This document shows, piece after piece, positions 17,905-27,376 of a DNA stretch of 64,000 bases. Under the pieces are notes generated by a model. The model did no database searches. It saw nothing but the letters and a program-made list of their open reading frames with translations, and was not told the DNA's origin. A program made the position numbers and the translations under genes. The stretch comes from Bacteroidota bacterium (GTDB taxonomy: Bacteria > Chlamydiota > Chlamydiia > Chlamydiales > FEN-1388): NCBI GenBank assembly GCA_013285825.1, contig JABDGV010000002.1, positions 132,245 through 196,244 on the forward strand. Reading direction: 5' to 3'. How positions within the stretch are numbered: position 1 is the stretch's first letter; the number at the start of each line of letters is the position of its first letter.

Positions 17905-19842
17905 ATGACTAAAAAAGAGAGAATTATAGGTATCGACCTAGGAACGACCAACTCCTGCGTTGCCGTAATGGAGGGTGGAAAGCCTGTGGTTATCGCATCT
18001 GCTGAGGGTTTGAGAACAACTCCTTCGGTCGTTGCATTTAAGGGTCCTGAGCGCCTTGTAGGTGTTACTGCAAAACGCCAGTCCATTACCAATTCAGAAA
18101 ACACCATCTACTCTTCCAAGCGATTCATTGGTCGTAAATACAATGAGATCGGCGAAGAGGCGAAGATTGTGCCATTCAAGGTCATGGAAGGGCCAAGCGG
18201 AAACGCTGTGTTCGAAGTTACAGGCAAGATGATAACGCCTGAAGAGGTTGGCGCCTATATCTTGACCAAGATGAAAGAGACGGCAGAAGCGTACTTAGGC
18301 GAGAAGATTACAGAAGCAGTTGTCACCGTTCCTGCCTATTTTAACGACTCCCAGCGCCAGTCGACTAAGGATGCAGGACGTATTGCTGGCCTTAATGTCC
18401 GAAGAATTATTCCGGAGCCTACAGCTGCAGCCTTAGCGTATGGCCTTGATAAGCAGAAGACGAGTAAGAAAATTGCCGTGTTTGACTTAGGCGGTGGAAC
18501 GTTTGATATTTCCATCCTCGAAATTGGCGATGGCGTTATCGAAGTGCTCGCAACCAACGGCGATACTCACTTAGGCGGCGATGACTTTGATGCTGCGATC
18601 TTGAAGTGGATTGTCGAGACCTATAAGCAAGAGCAGGGCATTGATTTAAGCCATGACAAGATGGCGCTTCAGCGCCTTCGCGATGCAGCTGAAAAAGCTA
18701 AGATCGAGCTTTCAGGAACGATGACGACAGAGATCAACCAGCCCTTCATCACGATGGATGCCTCTGGGCCTAAGCACTTGGCCTTGACTTTGACCCGTGC
18801 GAAGCTCGAAAGCCTTTGCGAACATTTGATTGAGCGTACTCGTGAGCCATGTCTCAAGGCAATGAAAGATGCAGGCGTTACCAAAGACGATATCGCCGAA
18901 GCAATCTTAGTGGGCGGTATGACCCGCATGCCGAAAGTGCAGGAGATGGTTCGACAGATCTTTGGCAAAGAGCCTAACAAGAGCGTAAACCCCGATGAAG
19001 CGGTCGCAATTGGAGCCGCTATTCAAGGCGGTGTACTTGCTGGCGAAGTCAAAGATATCCTTCTCTTGGATGTCACTCCTTTGACGCTTGGTATTGAGAC
19101 GATGGGCGGCGTTATGACTCCGATCATCGAAAGAAATACCACGATCCCGGTTCAAAAGAAGCAGATATTCTCAACCGCTTCGGATAACCAGCCTGCAGTG
19201 ACCATTCGAGTTTTGCAGGGCGAGCGTCCCATGGCCAATGATAACAAAGAGATTGGCCGCTTTGATTTGAGCGATATTCCACCCTCTCCTCGAGGACTTC
19301 CTCAGATCGAGGTAATATTTGATATCGATGCGGATGGTATTTTGCATGTATCTGCGAAAGATAAAGCAACGGGCAAGGAGCAGAAGATTCGAATTCAGGC
19401 ATCCTCGGGCCTTGATGAAAACGAGATCAAGCGGATGGTGACCGATGCCGAAGACCACGCTGCTGAAGATAAGAAGCGTAAGGAAGAGGTTGAAATCAAA
19501 AACCATGCCGATGCAACTGTCTTCCGTGCTGAAAAGTCTTTGAAAGAGTTCAAGGATCAGATCCCTCAAGATATCGCTACTGGCATTCAAACCCGGATCG
19601 ATGCTGCGAAAAAAGCGCTTGAGTCCAACGATTTAGGCAGCATTAAGCAGACGAAAGAGGATCTTGAGCAGCACTTGATGCAGATCGGCGAGGCGCTCTC
19701 CAAAAAAGCGGGGGCTGAACAACCCGCTGGAGGCCCAGATGGCCAGCCGCATCCTCAAGCAGGCGGTGGCCCTAAGCAGCCGCACGATCCAAACAAAGTC
19801 GAAGACGCTGAAGTTATCATCGATAACAACAACAACGAGTAA
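17905..19842 (+). CDS. dnaK: molecular chaperone DnaK (Hsp70)
   Basis: Motifs seen: [24 protein letters not shown] and [11 protein letters not shown]-type. Full NBD+SBD architecture at 645 aa. AAGGAG upstream of the ATG. Confidence 0.97.
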   Translation: MTKKERIIGIDLGTTNSCVAVMEGGKPVVIASAEGLRTTPSVVAFKGPERLVGVTAKRQSITNSENTIYSSKRFIGRKYNEIGEEAKIVPFKVMEGPSGNAVFEVTGKMITPEEVGAYILTKMKETAEAYLGEKITEAVVTVPAYFNDSQRQSTKDAGRIAGLNVRRIIPEPTAAALAYGLDKQKTSKKIAVFDLGGGTFDISILEIGDGVIEVLATNGDTHLGGDDFDAAILKWIVETYKQEQGIDLSHDKMALQRLRDAAEKAKIELSGTMTTEINQPFITMDASGPKHLALTLTRAKLESLCEHLIERTREPCLKAMKDAGVTKDDIAEAILVGGMTRMPKVQEMVRQIFGKEPNKSVNPDEAVAIGAAIQGGVLAGEVKDILLLDVTPLTLGIETMGGVMTPIIERNTTIPVQKKQIFSTASDNQPAVTIRVLQGERPMANDNKEIGRFDLSDIPPSPRGLPQIEVIFDIDADGILHVSAKDKATGKEQKIRIQASSGLDENEIKRMVTDAEDHAAEDKKRKEEVEIKNHADATVFRAEKSLKEFKDQIPQDIATGIQTRIDAAKKALESNDLGSIKQTKEDLEQHLMQIGEALSKKAGAEQPAGGPDGQPHPQAGGGPKQPHDPNKVEDAEVIIDNNNNE

Positions 19843-19858
19843 AGTCTTCTCCTCCCAC

Positions 19859-19890
19859 GAAGCCTGGCGATCTGCCAGGCTTCTCTTTTT
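19859..19890 (+). terminator. rho-independent terminator of the hrcA-grpE-dnaK operon
   Basis: GAAGCCTGGC-gatct-GCCAGGCTTC (10-bp perfect stem) followed by TCTTTTT, 17 nt after the dnaK stop. Confidence 0.8.
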
Positions 19891-19966
19891 AGTATTTAGT
19901 TCAAATTGACACCAATTTTATTTATTGTTATACTTACCCCTAAAATTATTTTGTTAGGAGTTTGAA

Positions 19967-20656
19967 ATGGTATTAATTAAGAATCAGACAGAAGTGCAAA
20001 AGAGCTTGCGCGAGCTATTTTCATCAGAAGATCTCAAAGTTTCAGCAGAAACTAATTTCGCTTATGAGATTTCAGGCAGCGCTAGTACCTTAGAAAAAAT
20101 GTTTAATATTATTCTAGCCTCCACAAATTGGGAAATTGGCAATGTAACTAGTGATCGTACATTTACCGAAAAAGATTGCAGCGCGGCTAATGCGACATTT
20201 TTAAAACTCTCCAACGTATATAAAAAAGTCTTGATGACTCCTAAGGCAGTTGAAGACGTGCAAAAATTCATTAGTGAGAAGGTCAAGGAGTATGTGTCAG
20301 AAAAATATTGGCCGTATTTACAGATCACAGCAGAGAACCGGAAAGTAGATGTAAAGAAGTTTGTATTAGATCTTGCAACTACCGTAGAACTACAGAAACA
20401 GGCAGAAAGTGATTGCGTTGAGTTTAATCTCAAGCAAAAATCGTCCACTACATCGTCCACAAAAAAGATTGAACCTTTTGAAGAAGATCTTACAAAACAG
20501 GTTAAGACACTGACACTAGAGGATAAAGATTCAACGACTCAACCAACAGGTCAGGGTGATTTGAAAAAGAGTGACAATACTGTTCAAGATAAGATGAATG
20601 AGGATGAGACTAATTCATATCCCTACGGTCATCCAACTAGTTGCTACCAACAATAG
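19967..20656 (+). CDS. hypothetical protein (229 aa), acidic/Ser-Thr-rich C-terminal half
   Basis: ORF with AGGAG upstream (ttaggagtttgaaATG). No recognisable motif. Confidence 0.6.
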   Translation: MVLIKNQTEVQKSLRELFSSEDLKVSAETNFAYEISGSASTLEKMFNIILASTNWEIGNVTSDRTFTEKDCSAANATFLKLSNVYKKVLMTPKAVEDVQKFISEKVKEYVSEKYWPYLQITAENRKVDVKKFVLDLATTVELQKQAESDCVEFNLKQKSSTTSSTKKIEPFEEDLTKQVKTLTLEDKDSTTQPTGQGDLKKSDNTVQDKMNEDETNSYPYGHPTSCYQQ

Positions 20657-20665
20657 AGATTGATC

Positions 20666-20688
20666 AAGAGGTGCTTTTTGCACCTCTT
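20666..20688. terminator. hairpin between convergent genes (possible bidirectional terminator)
   Basis: AAGAGGTGC-ttttt-GCACCTCTT (9-bp stem), 10 nt after the stop at 20656 and upstream of the convergent gene's stop at 20769. Confidence 0.55.
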
Positions 20689-20768
20689 TACTCCTTATGC
20701 AATTAATCTTTTGCGACATTTTTACGACACGTTTCACGACAGAATTCATCAGCGTGGAGATTTTTGCT

Positions 20769-23576
20769 TTAAGAGACGAGAGCCTTCAGCTCTTGAGATG
20801 AAATTGTGGACTCTTTTTCGAGGAGATCTTTCATGTCATCCCCGATGAGCTGGGTAATGAGGGGAAACTTGGAAGGGTTCTCTTTATGGACGGCGAACAT
20901 AAGGCGGACTAAGTCTCCGTAGTAGTCTTGGCTTTTGTGCTCTAAATGGGTTCGCACTTTTTGATTATCGGTAAGCTCGATAAAATCAAAAATTTCGTTC
21001 ATGGCTTTGTTGCAAAGCTCTTTTTGCTTTGGGTCGAACTTAAAAAAGCAGAGGTGCTTTGTATTAAAAGTATATCGGCTGATGACACGAGTAATTTCGA
21101 GGCAGTCAGCATCGTGAACAAGCATCTGATCTACGGTTGAAAATTTGTCCCCTTTGGGGTCCTTTTCAGCAACGGTTTGAACATGTTTTTCAATTGTTTT
21201 CGTATCTAAATCAGTCGATTGTAAAACGGCCTTGAGCAAGAGGGAGCTTTCACCGTCCCAATGGTCAATTCCTTCTGCTTCTCGGCCGCTGTCATGCATA
21301 CCTGCACTCAAAGCTAAAAGCATGGAGTTTTCGGGCAGTTTTTGGCCCAATTTTTCGTAGAGGCGCTTCAATACTTGCGTCCAAAGGGTCGTTCGTACTG
21401 CATGCATGGTATCATGAAAGTCTCTGGCGGGCTCCTTTCCTTCCTCAACCTCATGAAGATGCTTGTTGTACTGTGATTCATTGGTAGCGCCGCTTTTAAC
21501 GCGAAGCTCTGAAACCTCGCTGATGTAGCTGGGATCTTTCGGCATCGGCTCTTTGTAGATGGGAACCACGACTTGTTGAATGAGGCTTGCAATAGTGAGC
21601 TGGTTCTGGGGATCACTTTTTGGTTTGAGAAGGTCATTTGAGAAACTTAATCCTTGAATTTTCTCCAGTAATCTGTTTTGGTGCTGCGAGATTGCCTTCT
21701 CTTTGCTAAACCAACCATCGGAGAGATTGGGGTTCCCTAAAATCGATCCCACCTCTTTTTGAATGAAGTCTAATTGTGTGCTTGAAACAACTTTGGTGTG
21801 GGGGAATCCCTGCTCTTTTAAGGTTTTAACAATCTTTAACTTATCGATTTTTTGGGCTGCTTTGTTTTGATTTGTTTTCACTCCAATAAGATTCTTTTGC
21901 GTCAGAGGAACCGCTTTTTGCAACCCTCGCCAGCGGTGATCGGCCCATTCAAATCCGATAAATGGCTGTGGATCGAGCTGGCTGATCCGATTGCTCAATG
22001 AGATGGTGTAGGGACCAAACTCACCTTCCAGCTTATCCGAAACCCATGAACCTTTAAAACGTTGTTGATGGCGCACTTCGATTTGACCGCTCTTCGATAT
22101 GCCCTGTATCCCTTTTTCTCCCGTTGTATGGTACCAGCGGGGAATCAATATCATGCTCTCATCAAGCACCAACTGCTCTTGAAAGAAGCTGCGCGCCTTG
22201 CCTGTTCTCTTGAGTTCGTCAATAAGAGAAGTTGTCTGAACTTTAGGATCGCAGCAAAGCCAGATAAGGCATTCAGAGACGTTCTGATCGTTAGACCAAT
22301 CGCCAAAAGATTTTTTTTCAGGATGGTTGTGAGCTGCAAGCTCTTTTTCAAGAGCTTTTCGTAAGGAAGAGAGGTTGTTGTCGCTTAATTCACTTTTTGA
22401 AATCAAAATGGAGGCAAGTTTACGAGTATCATCAGGGGATACTTTATTTTTCTTCAGGTGGTTAATGAGTTGAGAGGTTTTGGTATCCTCTTTTTTCTGC
22501 AGTTCCGAAATCAGAATGTCGAGCTGCTCTTTCTCGCTGAGAAAAAGATTTGGGAAAGCCGTTCGCTCTTGAGGAGAGGGCAAATTTGCAAACCGTACTT
22601 TGAGCTCAAGTTTCAACTTTTGATCGACTTGGTCGATATTTTTATCAACAAGGGTAAATAAATCGCGAAAAATGAGCAGTTTTTCCTTTTTTTTCTCCCC
22701 AAAGCCGATGCCCGAGTGAATTTTATCGAGAGCAAATAGCTGTTGGATAAATGATCTATTTTTTCGATTTTCAACGATCTTGTATTCGGGATTAAAGAGC
22801 GTTTGAGAGAGAAACTGGTTGATGCTCTTGAGACAATGTTGTTTAAGCTCTCTATTGTCCTCATTTTGTTCCATCAGCTCTACGAGCTCAGACACTATAC
22901 GTCGAATCTCAGGTTTATTTTCTTTGAGAAACTGCGTTTCGAGTTCTGTTGTCAAAAGTGTGACAAACGCTTGAGGGTCTGCAGCTTTTAGCTTTTCAGA
23001 GTATTTGAGAAAGAGGGGGTTTATAGAGCGATTGGCGCCATTAAGAGAGTCGAGAGAGCTCTTTGACATTCCCTTATCTTCTTTATGGAAAAACTTGCTC
23101 CAGTCTTGAACAAGCGTTGCAGCAGCTTGAGGAGATGATGTGTCGAGCAGCATCTCCATATTGCGCATTTCACGTTTTTGGAGACGGCTATCTTTCGATA
23201 TGGAAGCCTCTTTAATTTTATTAAAGACCTCGTCCGAAAGAGAGGCGAGAGATCGATTTTTGATAACGGCCTCTTCAACCTCGTGTATGAGAGGGGCACA
23301 TTTTTTAAGCAGCTCTTTGTTGTGTATTTTATCTAGGATTTGATGGATTCGTCCTAAAATATCGAGTTGCTTATCAATATCAAGGTTTGAAAACTCTTTC
23401 ATGGATTGAGAGAGTTTTGTGCAGACAGCAAGTAGGTGGTCGCCTCGGCTTTTTCCAAGAAAAAAATCGATGATGCGGTTAAAAATAGAGAGTTTTTTTC
23501 CATCGCTTCGAATGAGGCTGTCGCCTGAACAGGTGCGGGCTAAATTGTCAAAAAACGATGGGCTGATTTGAGTCAT
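20769..23576 (-). CDS. large hypothetical protein (935 aa) with ART-fold-like stretch and C-terminal HD-type phosphohydrolase signature; candidate effector
   Basis: No Sec signal. Residues 478-550 read IPRWYHTTGEKGIQGISKSGQIEVRHQQRFKGSWVSD...GFEWAD. Residues 715-835 read FHDTMHAVRT...(36 aa)...LSAGMHDSGRE...(about 55 aa)...LVHDADCLE, i.e. an H..H / HD / HD..D spacing. Confidence 0.75.
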   Translation of the reverse strand: MTQISPSFFDNLARTCSGDSLIRSDGKKLSIFNRIIDFFLGKSRGDHLLAVCTKLSQSMKEFSNLDIDKQLDILGRIHQILDKIHNKELLKKCAPLIHEVEEAVIKNRSLASLSDEVFNKIKEASISKDSRLQKREMRNMEMLLDTSSPQAAATLVQDWSKFFHKEDKGMSKSSLDSLNGANRSINPLFLKYSEKLKAADPQAFVTLLTTELETQFLKENKPEIRRIVSELVELMEQNEDNRELKQHCLKSINQFLSQTLFNPEYKIVENRKNRSFIQQLFALDKIHSGIGFGEKKKEKLLIFRDLFTLVDKNIDQVDQKLKLELKVRFANLPSPQERTAFPNLFLSEKEQLDILISELQKKEDTKTSQLINHLKKNKVSPDDTRKLASILISKSELSDNNLSSLRKALEKELAAHNHPEKKSFGDWSNDQNVSECLIWLCCDPKVQTTSLIDELKRTGKARSFFQEQLVLDESMILIPRWYHTTGEKGIQGISKSGQIEVRHQQRFKGSWVSDKLEGEFGPYTISLSNRISQLDPQPFIGFEWADHRWRGLQKAVPLTQKNLIGVKTNQNKAAQKIDKLKIVKTLKEQGFPHTKVVSSTQLDFIQKEVGSILGNPNLSDGWFSKEKAISQHQNRLLEKIQGLSFSNDLLKPKSDPQNQLTIASLIQQVVVPIYKEPMPKDPSYISEVSELRVKSGATNESQYNKHLHEVEEGKEPARDFHDTMHAVRTTLWTQVLKRLYEKLGQKLPENSMLLALSAGMHDSGREAEGIDHWDGESSLLLKAVLQSTDLDTKTIEKHVQTVAEKDPKGDKFSTVDQMLVHDADCLEITRVISRYTFNTKHLCFFKFDPKQKELCNKAMNEIFDFIELTDNQKVRTHLEHKSQDYYGDLVRLMFAVHKENPSKFPLITQLIGDDMKDLLEKESTISSQELKALVS

Positions 23577-23722
23577 GGGTTACACCCTTTACCACTTAAG
23601 TATATACGTAGGCAAATTTAAAAAATAATTTATTAGTACGTAGAGCCTGTAAATCCCCTTTGCAGCTTGTTTTGTTAGAAGTAATCGGGTAGTGTTGAAG
23701 CACCAACTTTCGAGACAAAAGT

Positions 23723-26700
23723 GTGAGACTGTTATCGATTGAGCTTCAAGGCTTCAAGTCCTTTGCCGATAGAACGAAAATTTCATTCAACGAGGGCATC
23801 AACGCCATCGTTGGCCCCAATGGCTGCGGAAAATCCAATATTGTTGATGCATTTACTTGGGTCTTAGGCGAGCAGTCGGCAAAAAGTTTACGCGCAGACA
23901 AGATGATCGATGTCATTTTTGCCGGGACAAAGTCGAGAAAGGCAGTAAATTTTGCTGAAGTGACCCTTATCTTTTCCAACGAAGATGGAAGGCTTCATCT
24001 TCCCGTTAAAGAAGTCGCCATCACTCGAAGGCTTTATCGATCGGGCGAGAGCGAGTACCTCATCAATAAAAAAGCGGCAAGGCTCAAAGATCTCCATGAA
24101 CTCTTTTTACATACAGGCTTAGGCAAAGAGGCTTTTGCTGTCATTGGACAGGGAAGGGTTGAAGAAGAGATCGCCCAATCCTCATTTGAACGTCGCAAAA
24201 TCTTTGATGAGCTTTCAGGCATATCCCGGCCGCTTTTAAAGCGAAAAGAGACTTTAGACCGATTGAGAAAGTCTACGGAAAATGTAGAAAAGGCAAAGAT
24301 CCGATTTGATGAGATCTATCGGCAGCTTGAGGAGCTGAAAAACCAGGCAGAGGTGGCTAAAACTTTTGAGGAGAAAAAGGAGCAGCTTGGGCAATTCAAG
24401 CAGCTGCTCGCTTCCAAAAGAAAGCATAAATTTCAGGCAAAATTTCATGACTTGAATACGCGAAAGGCCGCTCTTGAAGCGCAAAAAGATGAACGATCCG
24501 CTTCGGAAAGCAGTGAATTTCGAGAAGTTTCGGCTCTTAAAGAGCAGGTCGAGATAAGCTGGAAAACGCTTTCAACTCATACGCAAGAGCTTGAGCGAAT
24601 AAACGGGCAGAAGAATCTTGTTCAGCAGATGCTCCAGCAGCTCGATGATAAGCTGAAGAAGACAAGCTTTCGCCAAAACCAGATTGCTCAAGAGTGTGCC
24701 AAAGCTAAAAAACTGCATCAGGAACTCGATGGCGAGCAGTCAAGCCTATCTCAGCAGTATCAAGCGCTTGAAAAGAAATTGCGAGAAGAGAAGGGGCAGT
24801 GGGAAAAGCTTGCAGGAGAGCAAAAAAAGCTTGAAGAGTCCTTTAATAAGCAGTTCGTAAACGTCAAGTCTGCTCAAAGTGCGCTTGTCCAGCAGGAGAG
24901 GCTTAAAAACAGCAAGCAAGTTTCCTGCGATGCGTGTGCAAAGGGGCTTGAAGAGATCAAAAACAAGCTTGAAGGTATTGCTAAAGAGCATAAGGAGCTT
25001 ATTCGATCTTCTCCAGATACAGGTGAGTTTGAACAGCTCAAGAAAGAACAAAAGAAACAGACCGATGCTCTTTCAAAGTTGCGAAGTGCCCTCGTCGACC
25101 TGAACAAGAATATCGTTGATGCTGAAGACGGTTTAAAGAGTATTCGGTCTGAGAAAATGCAGCGGCAGACGGCCCGTCTTTCAACGCAGACAAAGCTCTT
25201 AACGCTCGAAGGGCTTCGAAGAGAGCATATAGGACTTGATGCCGGAGTCAAAAAACTTCTCGAGCAAAACAAAAATCTAAAATCGCCCCTTTACAACAAG
25301 CTCTTCCTCTTAGCAGATATCTTGAAAGAGGATAAAAAGTTTCTAAAAAATACAGATATAGAGAGCTTTAGCGCTGTCTTCAGCTCATTTTTAGTAGTTG
25401 AAACCGTTGAAGATCTAGAGCTTCTTATTGAGACCTGCTCAAAGCTAAAGGTGCAGCAGTTTCACTGCTTCTGCCTAAAACTCTTGGGAATGAGCCGGGA
25501 AGCTTTTTGCAAGTGGATTACGACTCTTCCGACAGTCGATGCTATTTCTCAAGCCAAGGGCAGCGGCTACGTTATTGTGAAGGGTGGAAAGCTGATTCGA
25601 GAAGGGATCATCACTGGATTTGGCAATGAATCGAAAAATCCCCTTGTGCTCGATGGTGAAATTGAAACCCTTTCTGGCCAAGTAAAGGTACTCATTGCTG
25701 AAGAGGAGAAGGTTACACTCCAGGAAAAAGAGAAAAGCTCTGCCTTTGATGATCTTATCCAAAAACGGCGAACGACCGACCAAGAGATGCGTTCGCTTGA
25801 AGTGAAGCTGTTGGAAATAAACAAGCAATCCCATGAGTTTGAACGTAAAAGTTTGGGACAATCGGAGCGAATTCGGATACTTGAGCGAGAAAGTCAGCGC
25901 CTTCAAGACTCTCTTGATCCCCAAAAAAAAGAGCTCAAGAAGCTCGGTGAAGAGCTTGAAGAGGCAGAAAAGCTTCTTCAAAATTCGAAAAATGAGCTGA
26001 TTAAGCAAGAGTCGCTCTCAAAGAAGATTGAAAAGGAGCGAGAGGGGCAAAGCGAACGGCTTTTACATGCTGAGAGCGCGTATCGAGAAGTTGAAAGGGC
26101 GCATAGAGAGTGCGAGCGAAAAGTGGTTGAAAGCTCTTCTCGCTTAAAACGGACTAAGGAAGAAATTGATCGTTTAGAGCTTGAGACAAAACAGATCACT
26201 TCAAATTTGGACAATAGTGAGGATAAGCGCGAACCTCTGTTTAAAGAAGTGTTAGAAAAGCAAGAGCTTCATGACGAATACAAAGCGCGCCTTGATAGAT
26301 TGAAAACAGATGCTGAAGAGAAGAAAAGGCTGCTCAAAGAGAAGGAAGAGCTTGTTGCAGCTATTCGCGAGCAATTGGAATCCATTCGAAATGAGCATCT
26401 CCAAGTATCCAAAGAACTCGTTTCTGTTGAAGCCGAGCTTGAGAAGGTAAAGGATGCAGAAGCTGTCTCTTCCGACGTCCTTGATAAATACAAAGAGATG
26501 TCGGAATCAAAGCTATCCAGTGAGATCCAAAAGCTTGACAGCCTCTGTTCCGATGCAAGCCAAATCAATTTCCGAGCAATTCAAGATTATGAAACCTTGA
26601 AGGGCAAGCAAAACCTTTGTGGAGATGAGCTTCAAGATTTAGAATCGAGCCATTTATCCTTGCTTGAGCTCGTACAGCAGATCGAATCAGATGCGGAAGA

Positions 26701-27157
26701 TTTATTTAGAAAAACCTTTGAACAGGTGCGTCAAGCATTTCAGCTTAACTTCTCAAAACTTTTTGGCGGCGGGGATGCCGACCTTCTCATGGTTGAATCA
26801 GACACTCAAGACCCTTTTTCTCGAGGCGTTGAAATAATTGCCAAGCCGCCCGGAAAAGATATGAGAACTCTGCAGTTGCTCTCAGGCGGGGAAAAGACCA
26901 TGACTGCCTTTGCGCTCCTAATGGCCTTTTTCCAAGTTCGCCCCTCTCCTTGCTGTATATTGGATGAGGTGGATGCGCCGCTTGATGAAGCAAACGTTCT
27001 TCGCTTTACTGATCTTCTTCGCAGCTTTTCTGCTGTCTGCCAGTTTCTTCTTATTACGCATAATAAAAAGACGATGGCTACATGCGAGCATCTCGTTGGA
27101 GTTTCTATGGAGCAAAAGGGAATTTCTACCGTGCTGCAACTTCAGTTAGTTAATTAG
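23723..27157 (+). CDS. smc: chromosome partition protein Smc
   Basis: Walker A GPNGCGKSN, long coiled-coil arms with a central hinge, LSGGEKT signature and Walker B CILDEVDAPLD. 1144 aa, GTG start. Confidence 0.95.
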   Translation: MRLLSIELQGFKSFADRTKISFNEGINAIVGPNGCGKSNIVDAFTWVLGEQSAKSLRADKMIDVIFAGTKSRKAVNFAEVTLIFSNEDGRLHLPVKEVAITRRLYRSGESEYLINKKAARLKDLHELFLHTGLGKEAFAVIGQGRVEEEIAQSSFERRKIFDELSGISRPLLKRKETLDRLRKSTENVEKAKIRFDEIYRQLEELKNQAEVAKTFEEKKEQLGQFKQLLASKRKHKFQAKFHDLNTRKAALEAQKDERSASESSEFREVSALKEQVEISWKTLSTHTQELERINGQKNLVQQMLQQLDDKLKKTSFRQNQIAQECAKAKKLHQELDGEQSSLSQQYQALEKKLREEKGQWEKLAGEQKKLEESFNKQFVNVKSAQSALVQQERLKNSKQVSCDACAKGLEEIKNKLEGIAKEHKELIRSSPDTGEFEQLKKEQKKQTDALSKLRSALVDLNKNIVDAEDGLKSIRSEKMQRQTARLSTQTKLLTLEGLRREHIGLDAGVKKLLEQNKNLKSPLYNKLFLLADILKEDKKFLKNTDIESFSAVFSSFLVVETVEDLELLIETCSKLKVQQFHCFCLKLLGMSREAFCKWITTLPTVDAISQAKGSGYVIVKGGKLIREGIITGFGNESKNPLVLDGEIETLSGQVKVLIAEEEKVTLQEKEKSSAFDDLIQKRRTTDQEMRSLEVKLLEINKQSHEFERKSLGQSERIRILERESQRLQDSLDPQKKELKKLGEELEEAEKLLQNSKNELIKQESLSKKIEKEREGQSERLLHAESAYREVERAHRECERKVVESSSRLKRTKEEIDRLELETKQITSNLDNSEDKREPLFKEVLEKQELHDEYKARLDRLKTDAEEKKRLLKEKEELVAAIREQLESIRNEHLQVSKELVSVEAELEKVKDAEAVSSDVLDKYKEMSESKLSSEIQKLDSLCSDASQINFRAIQDYETLKGKQNLCGDELQDLESSHLSLLELVQQIESDAEDLFRKTFEQVRQAFQLNFSKLFGGGDADLLMVESDTQDPFSRGVEIIAKPPGKDMRTLQLLSGGEKTMTAFALLMAFFQVRPSPCCILDEVDAPLDEANVLRFTDLLRSFSAVCQFLLITHNKKTMATCEHLVGVSMEQKGISTVLQLQLVN

Positions 27158-27171
27158 TTAATTTTATTTTA

Positions 27172-27250
27172 TTACCACAGAGGACACTGAGCGCACAGAG
27201 AGATAAATTATCTATAGACTCTCTGTGTGCTCTCAAGTCCTCTGTGGTAA
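27172..27250. repeat. imperfect palindromic element (CCACAGAGGAC...CACAGAGAG / CTCTCTGTG...GTCCTCTGTGG), copy 1
   Basis: The left arm (27172-27202, ttaccacagaggacactgagcgcacagagag) pairs with the right arm (27219-27250, ctctctgtgtgctctcaagtcctctgtggtaa). It starts 15 nt after the smc stop. The same sequence family occurs at 57799-58039. Confidence 0.8.
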
Positions 27251-27376
27251 TAAATGAACAAATATCTTTGTCCTTATTCGTTTTGTTAATAAAAACTTTT
27301 ATAACAAATTAATTTATAAAGTAATATTTTGTTATATCTGATACTATTATTGAAATTAATAGTAATCAGGAAATAA

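Noticed and set aside
20642-20656. C-terminal 'CYQQ' of the 229-aa protein as a CaaX prenylation box
   Set aside because: The a1/a2 positions are Tyr and Gln rather than aliphatic, so it does not fit CaaX rules.
27138-27165. 'ttagttaattagttaa' after smc as a regulatory repeat
   Set aside because: It is a short AT-rich tandem octamer that simply provides stops in several frames. It is too short to interpret and is adjacent to the more convincing palindromic element.
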